The notes below the pieces were generated by a model. It was not told the DNA's origin, did no database searches, and worked only from the letters and a program-made list of their open reading frames with translations. DNA of 64,000 nt, from the NCBI GenBank assembly GCA_002633005.1, contig NMRA01000030.1, forward strand, positions 253,190 through 317,189, in the 5' to 3' direction. The stretch is from Phoronis australis. Taxonomy: Eukaryota > Animalia > Phoronida. The position numbers and the translations under genes are program-made. Below are positions 52,201 through 59,600 of this stretch, piece by piece (the first letter of the stretch is position 1; each line of letters opens with the position of its first letter).

Positions 52201-52917
52201 TATTTGATAAAAATAAATGCTGTTGATATGACATTTAATAGTCTTTGTGCATATATTTGACATTTTAATATTTAACAACACGGCAAATGCACGGCTGGTT
52301 CCCGGCAGCACGTACGCAGAGGGCGGGGACTTCAGTTTTCAAAGTTCGCCGGTAGGACCGCAACTTCTGACCTTCGGCCTGGTTAAAAGAATGAGGTCAT
52401 ATCTCTTGACGTGCGGAGTGCAAAAATGTTGAATTCACGATTTTGGGAACTGAAATAAGGACTGCTTTAAGAAAAAGTTTGATAACGGGAGTATTTGTTC
52501 GAGTTAGAAGGAATTAAACACATCGACAACCTCTTAAGCGGTGTTCCTCTATGCGCAAAAGGTATTTATAACAACGTGACTTTGATGTTTTAGTCGGTGC
52601 GAGGCATAATTCGCCGAAAAGCTTCCAGCGTATGGAGCGCCTATAGGAGATGCATCGCCTCTGTTGGCCCGACCAGAGGCGATGCATCGATGGTCATTGC
52701 CTAGCTGGCTGGCTACTCACTGCAGATTCACCACAGTGCATTGGAACTACTAGTAATGTGACTTATTATGACTAGACCGAACGAAGGACTATTCAGAAAA
52801 AGAACCAACATCTGGGTTACTGGTATTCAAGCCGCAACTGGCTTTCAATTTGCCTACCTGTTTCGCAATTTCACAACTGTCAACAAGAGATGTTGACAAA
52901 TCACTTCCAGTCGCCAT
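34077..52917 (-). CDS. FAM177A1: FAM177A1-family protein, complete spliced CDS (190 aa): join(52917-52858, 45214-45053, 43328-43262, 42539-42442, 34262-34077)
   Basis: The exons translate in frame across GT-AG introns with matching phases (0,0,1,0): MATGSDLSTSLVDSCEIAKQ / TGVRYSDVPLESLEKGKKKKVPRRILHFSDGTLEEYSTDEEDEVDSQPQPQVNT / KELTWGPWFWYYTVFTAVKTLA / AIDFCGEKLAWVLGITTPKYQSAINEYYRLKKE / EEEEERQRLEEKK...STTSW*. PRRIxHFxxGxxxEEYSTDE, LTWGP and DFxGEKxAxVLGIxTPKYQxAIxEYYR are FAM177 family signature motifs. Confidence 0.93.
34580..35435. mobile_element. Old DINE/Helentron-like interspersed repeat in FAM177A1 intron 4
   Basis: Degenerate subrepeats (CCACTAG.GG, CATCCATC(C)A, CCAAATTT..AAAATT) typical of invertebrate non-autonomous rolling-circle elements; boundaries approximate. 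Confidence 0.35.
36800..37370. repeat. ~55-bp tandem repeat interrupted by a MITE
   Basis: Repeated ATGTTGTATACTAGAGATATGG...TACTACTTCCTTCTTTACA. Confidence 0.8.
36919..37166. mobile_element. PIF/Harbinger-like MITE
   Basis: TIR GGGCCTGTTCCAA.AAACTGACTTA / TAAGTCAGTTTTGTTGGAACGGGTCC, 3-bp direct repeat ATG. Confidence 0.7.
37790..39370 (+). mobile_element. Helentron/DINE-1-like non-autonomous element with internal ~190-bp tandem repeats and a 3' hairpin
   Basis: Four imperfect tandem units (37790-38470) carrying GAY-rich simple sequence; terminal stem-loop TACTTGTCGGAATTC-gaa-GAATTCCGCCAAGTA (39335-39367); related copy at 4981-5678. Confidence 0.6.
39920..40356. repeat. 32-bp minisatellite, left part (GGGGAGCACTCACTAAGGTTGATATAGATCTA)
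   Basis: About 13 tandem copies. Confidence 0.95.
40357..42066. mobile_element. Non-autonomous hAT-like DNA transposon (5-bp TSD) inserted in the minisatellite
   Basis: TIR CAGGGATACACT / AGTATACCCCTG, TSD TAAGG (40352-40356 / 42067-42071), second copy at 23298-24323. Confidence 0.88.
41180..41450. mobile_element. MITE nested in the hAT-like element (family also at 57398-57658)
   Basis: Absent from the 23298-24323 copy; TIR ATGTGCGCACCCAG / CTGGGTGCACCCATG. Confidence 0.75.
42067..42312. repeat. 32-bp minisatellite, right part
   Basis: Same unit resumes after the insertion. Confidence 0.95.
42442..42539 (-). CDS. FAM177A1: FAM177A1 coding exon 4
   Basis: ttgcag acceptor, gtaagt donor, 98 nt, encodes DFCGEKLAWVLGITTPKYQSAINEYYRLKKE. 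Confidence 0.93.
43262..43328 (-). CDS. FAM177A1: FAM177A1 coding exon 3
   Basis: tttacag acceptor, gtgagt donor, 67 nt, encodes KELTWGPWFWYY. Confidence 0.92.
44082..44330. repeat. 18-bp minisatellite (AGTGTACCCACGATCAAC)
   Basis: About 14 tandem copies. Confidence 0.95.
45053..45214 (-). CDS. FAM177A1: FAM177A1 coding exon 2
   Basis: ttccag acceptor, gtgcgt donor, 162 nt, encodes KKVPRRILHFSDGTLEEYSTDEEDE. Confidence 0.93.
45250..46260. repeat. 44-bp minisatellite interrupted by a MITE
   Basis: Unit CACATTTTTACTTAAGGTAATAGTGAACCCTGGAGAAGTCCTTT. Confidence 0.93.
45413..45812. mobile_element. PIF/Harbinger-like MITE
   Basis: Long TIR GGCCTGGTCTCCAATCTT.TACTCGAAA / TTTCGAGTACAAAGATTAGAGACCGGGCC, flanks CTG/CCG. 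Confidence 0.8.
47583..47787. mobile_element. Degenerate foldback/MITE
   Basis: AAGCAGACGGCAAAGAGACATAAGAAAATTA is inverted as TAATTTTCTTATGTCTCTTGGCCATCTGCTT. Confidence 0.6.
49030..49600 (-). mobile_element. Diverged inverted copy of the TAGCC-ended element at 51007-52715
   Basis: Begins TAGCCAGCCAGCTAGCTGT; 49520-49560 matches the reverse complement of 51241-51285. A similar block is at ~28735-28790. Confidence 0.55.
50400..50830 (-). mobile_element. Tandem tRNA-derived SINE-like units
   Basis: Minus strand TGGTCCACTGG (A box)...GGTTCGAAAC (B box) at ~50800-50745, with a degenerate repeat at ~50470-50410; AGGCGAGTGATTAAGAGAGGCCTT occurs twice ~320 bp apart. Confidence 0.6.
50833..50983. 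mobile_element. Small MITE
   Basis: CGTTCAGTAACGCTAGGACCT.CGCTA is inverted as TAGCGTAGGTCCTAGCGTTACTGAACG. Confidence 0.7.
51007..52715. mobile_element. Outer TAGCC...GGCTA non-autonomous element, host of the 51742-52703 insertion
   Basis: Flanked by a direct repeat CTCACTG (51000-51006 / 52716-52722); subterminal hairpins AGCTGTAT...ATACAGCT at both ends. Confidence 0.65.
51742..52703. mobile_element. Foldback DNA transposon with ~220-bp TIRs, TAG...CTA ends and 9-bp TSD (AcademH- or Mutator-like, non-autonomous)
   Basis: TAGGCAATGA...TCATTGCCTA, TSD GCTGGCTGG (51733-51741 / 52704-52712); arms 51742-~51965 and ~52475-52703 are reverse complements. Confidence 0.85.
52858..52917 (-). CDS. 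FAM177A1: FAM177A1 coding exon 1 (MATGSDLSTSLVDSCEIAKQ)
   Basis: AAAATGGCG start context, 60 nt, CAG|GTAGGC donor, phase 0 matches exon 2. Poorly conserved N-terminus, so inferred from context. Confidence 0.75.
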
Positions 52918-53407
52918 TTTTTCTAGAATAGATTTCCGCTTCCGACTCTTGTATTCAATCATCAAATAATTATCATTCTAATAAATCCATTACACTGCTG
53001 AAGTAAACAATGAATATTTACTCACTCATTTCATCTTGAAGGTAAAAATGATAACCTGAAAAGAAATATGGGCCCAAATTCGTCAATTAATTCCCAGAAT
53101 GCACTGTTAAAATGGTAGCCCCCGTAAAAAATATTTTGTGGGCTGTCGGTAATTTTATACCGAAGATTTCGTAAGATTTGATAATAGTATGTTATAGGTA
53201 GTCGACGTTGACCACGTGTACGCTTTATTTTCAGTGGTGTGTTTTCACGTGCAGTATGATTGTCGTGGCAACTGGTGCGGTAACACGTTTGCTTTCCTTG
53301 CCGGTCTTCGTCATGAGTCACCAACAAATTTAAGTTGCAGTTTCGTGAATTTCATCCGTCACTTTCAGAAGCTGAGAAAATTGTTGTCAGTGTTTGAACA
53401 AACGCAC
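52918..53407. promoter_or_regulatory. Bidirectional promoter region shared by FAM177A1 (-) and TMEM62 (+)
   Basis: The divergent start codons are about 490-510 bp apart. A YY1-like GCCATTTT overlaps the FAM177A1 ATG, and ETS-like TTCCG motifs lie at ~52933-52945. Confidence 0.7.
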
Positions 53408-53428
53408 ATGTCTCATAGTTCCTGCAGT

Positions 53429-53611
53429 ATGATCATCACTAGAACTGTTCTCTGTGCGCTCTTAGCGTCTTTTTGGTTCATTGGCTTCTTGTTGGTGCTT
53501 TCGTTCTACAATCAGATAAACCTAACTCCGGACTCGAGGGCTCCCCACCCAAGAACCAATTCACCGCCATTTCCTGGTGGAAATGAGGACAACCTCATTT
53601 GGTTTGTTCAG
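53429..53611 (+). CDS. TMEM62: TMEM62 exon 1
   Basis: MIITRTVLCALLASFWFIGFLLVLSF...NLIWFVQ, donor gtactt. Confidence 0.88.
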
Positions 53612-56600
53612 GTACTTTGTCTTAGGCACCAAGTCTTAGACAACATATGACTATTGATTGTGAAATTCCTGGTTGAAAGTAAACTGACCCCAGAAAAGTG
53701 AATATGTGTTCCTGAAAAGCTTGCTTCAGAAAGTGCTCGTTTTTGCATTGTTAATATTGTTGGAATTTTATGAAGTAATAAGAAAGTTGAGATTTTTGAT
53801 GTTACAAAACAGCATACAAACAGCTAAGGGATTCTAAAAATTGAAATGTTGAAATTTTTTTTTTTTTTGAAAATGTATTCATGCCACATAGATGCTTTCT
53901 AAATCTGATCATATGATTTCCTTTTTAAATGATTTAATTTAGCAAACCAAGGTTATGTTCAAAAATGGAATACCCCTCTGGAAAAGTTCGAGACCAAAGT
54001 ATCTAACTTGCATTTTTGGACTTTCACACTCCCATCTCAAACTGGTTTTGTCTTAGTTTTCACTTATCAAGTGACTTTAAGTTAAGTTTTAAGAGGGGTC
54101 TTTAATCAAGAAATGACAATTGCCATTGTTATCTGTTGGTGTCTCAAGTCACTGTATCATATATTTGCAGCTTTCAGATATACACTTGAGCCGATATAAC
54201 GACCCATTACGACAATCACACTTGCGTACATTCTGTAGTGAATATGTTGATGTCATTAAACCAAAGCTTGTCCTGGTTACTGGTAAGATTTCGACATAAA
54301 AGTTGTTTAAAGCTGTAATGAGCTTTGTTTGGAGATTTTCAGTTCAGAATAAAGATAATAAGATATATTCATTATCAAGGGTTGAATTTCATAAATAACT
54401 TTGTTAGGTATTGATACAGATCCATTAATCATTTACTTTTGAAATCCTTGATGGTCACAGAATCTTATGTGCATAAAATTATGCCCAGATGTGACTGCCC
54501 TTTTGCTGAAATGTCTTTATTTTTCAGAGAGATCACTATAACTTCTGCAAACATAATTTATTTTAATGAAAACTAAAATTCCATTACTTTATTGTATTAT
54601 TTTACATATTAATGATGTCTAGAGTTTTCTTTTTGGCCTTTTACCCAAAGAATTCAGTCAAAAATGAAAACGTCAGCATTCCTTAAGAATGTGAGTCTTT
54701 AGTTTTGCCAATCAAGTTCTTGGGCAATATATCTGAAAAGAAAGTCCCGCACAGACTTTTTTTTAGCGTTTAAAACAAGGAAACAGAATTTGCTAGTTTT
54801 ATACAAAAACTAATTGTGTTCATAGAAAGTTCGGGGATCTCCATGAAAACCTTTTTTTAGACAGAACTTTATTACAAACAGCTGGGCGTTGATTTTGTGA
54901 GTGCACATAATGACTTTCTGTGATCAATGATTAAAAAATATGTAGTTTTATGACACTTAACTATTAACACCAAGTTTCATGATTGAAGAAATTTGATTCT
55001 TTGTAACCAAGGCATCCAATTATCCTAGTTCTCAAGCTGGCCACTCACAGAGTTGGCTATCTCAAGTTGTACCCGTCTCAGATAAGGTTTCAGAAGATCA
55101 GATAAACCTATTTCTAGTTTGTGTATTTGGACTTTAACTTGTCAACTGGTCACTTTGTATAACAGCTCCTCTATTGAAGCCTGGAAAATATTTAATGTGA
55201 AATATGGCTACAGTTATCAGTGTTCTGCAGTAAAATGAGTGAATAAGTAAAAATCAATCTCATTTGTATGATTGGAGTGTACTGACAAAGACATCTTTTT
55301 GTGTACTTGTATACTTAAAAAACAAGTTATTATTTACTTTTTGTACAGATCGTTAACAACTTCAACTTATATTCAGATTTCCGTATAACAGGATGTTTCC
55401 TCTTTTCAATGCCAGGTGATATCACAGATAGTAAACACAAGAATAAACTTGGCTCAAATCAGTTCCAAGATGAATGGGAAATGTATTACAACACACTGAA
55501 GGGTACTGGGGTCTTGGACAAAACTTTGTGGTTTGATATACGAGGAAATCATGGTAAGTTAATATTTAATCCTTCTGATTTTTTAGTGCTGATAAAGATG
55601 CCTCTTGTCAAAATAACCTCCTTTTAATTCACGCTCCGCAATCTCAACTTCTGCCATTTAATAAGGACTTGAACAAAATTTGAACAAATCTTTAATCTGT
55701 GCTTTAATCTGTGAATTTATTTTTTTGTCAGTCTGACCTAATGGAGAGTGCCATGACCTCACGCACATGCACACACACGTGCGCGCGCTCAGACACACTC
55801 ACACGCTTGCAGACACAGACACACATGTACACGCACACACACACACACAACACACACACACACACACACACGCAGAGATGCTCACACACACACACAAACA
55901 CACACACACACACCATTACCTTTATATGCATTCTTTATTTCTTTGCACATCACTGATTTGAGAAATTATGTTTGGTTTCATACGTAATAATTAGTTGGTG
56001 TTTCAAGAAATAGTTGATCCGTGGTTAAGAATACATGCAGCCACCTTGTACGGCTTTATTATAATCATCAAAAAGTTACCAGTTTAGAAGTGTTTACCTT
56101 TTTGCATTCTTAGTTTTATCTGCTCTTAACTAGATGACCGTTTGCCATATTAGGCGTGAGTTGACATGGTAACCGTCTGAGTGTCCATTTTGCTTTAAAA
56201 AAGTGATTCTTCGTATCTTTCGTTTAAGATGCATTCAGCGTCCTCAGTCTTGATAGTCCTGAAAATTATTACAGGTAGGTTTGCACTAATTTTGTCAGAT
56301 TATTCTAGGAAATAAGTATAATGAGTTCTTTAAAGTGATAAGTGAGGTTTGAAGTATATACTTGTTTGCCTTGAGTTAAAGTTTAAAAAATATCTACTTC
56401 ACTCATATTTTTTGCGTTAAAGGTGATGCATGCTCTGTGAATGTTTTATGTAACATTTCTGTTTCAGAACATACTCTATTCAAGGCCACCACCATAACTC
56501 GTCATATAGCAAAGTTGTTCAAACAAAGTTTGGAAAATATGCATTCAATGCTATAGACAGCTGCCCTAACCCAGGACCCCGGCGACCATTTAATTTCTTT

Positions 56601-59600
56601 GGAATGCTAACAAAGGTATGAATGTGTAAATTTCTCAACCCTTTGTAGTCATGGCAACAAGTCAGCTACCAGCTCAAATTTTGGGCTTGTTGCTTGTTTG
56701 TTCCTAAAATTAAGGAGACAGTTCTCTCTTCATCTCTGCCTCAAATATATCATGAACCAGGTTCTTCAGCCGTATAAAATATGTATGTTAATGTTTTTGT
56801 GCTTGTATAGAACATAGTTTCCATCCTTCAAACAGATCATTTAGAGTATTGCTAAGTAAAAGGAGGGTCAAAACCTATTAAGCTTCATGCAGTTGGCCAA
56901 CCATTCCAAACATGGACTATGTCATCACAAGAAATCTTCTTGACAGTAAATGCCAGCAATACAAGGACTAGCTGATTTGTCAATCAGACCATTTTGTATT
57001 TTCAGGCTTACAAATTGATAAGAAACATTCCTTAAGGGAAAAGTTATGAAAATTTATGATGTCTTGAGTTAAGTTCTAACCTTTGAGGGTAAAACACTTC
57101 GTATCATACAAACCACTGATAAATTGCTCCATTTTCAGAATCAGCTTGGTGATATAGAAAACATGTTTGATGTTTCGAACAACATGACCATATACTTTGG
57201 TCACTACCCTACCTCCACCATAAGTAGTCCTTATCCAGGTATAAGACACGCGTTACGGTAAGTTGGTATTTTTTCAGAAATCTTTGATCTGTACGTATAT
57301 CAACTATTACAAGGTCACATTCACACATAAGTCATTAAGTGGCAGGTTTTCTGTATAGCCATTTTAGCCATTTCCCTACATAGCAATGTTCTGTATACAT
57401 CCGCACATCCAGGGAGCGGGCTCGGGGGGCCACAACGAGCCCCCCCATTTGGCAAAGTGGGCAAAAAGGTGCGTCTCAAAGAAACAAAAACTCTGAAAAA
57501 GTTGAAAACGAGACAAAAGACCACTAGAAAGGCATGAACTACCAAAATTGACCTAATGCACAATTCACAGCGCTGAACGTATTTCGTGAATCTTAGTAAA
57601 AGGTCCACATTTGTCAAAAATTTGAGCCCTCCCCCATTTTTGGCTGGGTGCGTGCATGTTTTAGCCATTTTCGTGCATAGCAATATTCTGTAGAGCCATT
57701 TCCCTGCATAGCAATGTTTTGTTTAACTATTTCTCTGCATAACAATTTTCTGGCATGACTTCGCAACATCATGCTTGATGTTGCTTTCATCCACCGTCTG
57801 TCAAAAATTAAGCATAAACTACTTCAAAAAGGGAGTTTCCATTTCAGTATCTTTTCGTGTCTGACTGCAGATTATGGAAATTTGACACAGAAATCAGACA
57901 AAATGGATAATGTTGATGCAAAATGTTATTTGTGATCATAATGCTTAAGGTCACTTACTGTAAGTTGTTAAGTTGTTCCTTTCTGTGATGAAAAGTACTT
58001 TTGGATTTGGGAGTAATTGACAGTTTGTTTCTGTGGGAGGCCCTGCTCAATCAGCTGGTTTTCCTGATGTGCCTAGCATACCCTCAGTCAATAGTGAACT
58101 GTATGTGCCTTGCATACCCTCAGTCAATAGTGAACTGTATGCGCCTTGAATACCCTCGGTCAATGTTGAACTGTATGGCCTTGCATACCTTCAGTCAATA
58201 GTGAACTGTATGTGCCTTGCATACCCTCAGTCAATAGTGAACTGTGCTAAGTTCTTTCCAAGTGCAGAAATTGCTTCTCATCTGAGTGAGCAAGAAGTTG
58301 AGATCAGTTCTACAATGGGAGGTGGTATGTATCAAATGTCAGTCTTTTTAGGAGAAGGTGGGTTTAGCAGCTTTACACTGCAGCTACTTCAGTTAAGTTA
58401 GTCGACCTAGTCATTGGTGTATTTTGATTATTGCAATTTTGCTCTTGTAGACACTTGAGAATATTGTCTGCACTTAAGTATCAGGGCTTCAAATCCGCAA
58501 CACAGTGTCTGCTCATATCCGCTGAACATTGTCAGCTCAAATCCTCTGCCCAATTTCTTTACAGCTCATCTTCTCAAGCCATTTGCATATCGTCTGCTCG
58601 ATCTTGTGATTTCAGGAATGGCGCTGCCTACTTATGCGGCCACCTGCACACTTTACTGAACTACTTTCCAGAGATGCACACAGTGCACTCTGGTGGTAAC
58701 TTGGAGTTAGAACTGGGTGACTGGAAAGACAACCGAATGTAAGTGTTAGATGCAGCCAGTAGTACTGGACAACTTCAGGACAATATTCCATCAGTTTCTA
58801 GATTTGGTTCTTCATGGGATTTTTTCTTGGAAGGATCTGAACAAATGTTGTATGCAAAGTGTAAATGGTCTTGGTCACACATTTGTATCTGAGCAAGACA
58901 TCAAGCCTAATGAAAGTTTATCATTTTACTGGTACCGGACTTTTCTGTGTTTATGATTTCCAGCTTCCGTGTGTTGGCGATAGACCATGACTTGCTGTCA
59001 TTTTCTGATGCGTCATTTGACCAATGGCCAATAGTGGTGATTACGAACCCAAAGAATGCCGAGTATGTGATGCCCCATCATGAGCCGTCACTGAGAATGA
59101 GCAAATCAACACATGTGAGGTAACTGGAAATAGTTTGTTTTATGTCTGATATACAATGAATCATTCAATAAATAATCTTCTGTTTTCCATTACTATTATC
59201 AAACACTGCAACTTTACTGAAACCAATTCAAAGTTACTTCTATAGTCATTGATGATTGCTCTCTGTGTCAAGTGGGCTTCATTGGTTGTTTCATCCTGTC
59301 ACTGGCTCTGCTGTGACTGAGTCGTAGATTGTAGTTGATAGTTGTGACTTTGAGTCATAGATTGTAGTTGATAGTTGTCAGTTTTGCTGTTATTATCATT
59401 GTGTGTAGCTTTCAATATCCAAAATTGGCCAACTCATATTTCATTAACTGGGTACAGATCTCTGCATAGTCTTAAGTTAAAGCTTACAAAATTAAACAAG
59501 GAATTGGTTTATAAAGTACTTAGATTGATTATAATTTTTGTGTTCGGGTTTTTTAGTCACCTTATAAACTCAGTTTGCTTGCATTATATTTAGTCACTTT

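Noticed and set aside
55711-55961. His/Thr- and Cys/Val-rich ORFs
   Set aside because: Translations of the (CA)n microsatellite
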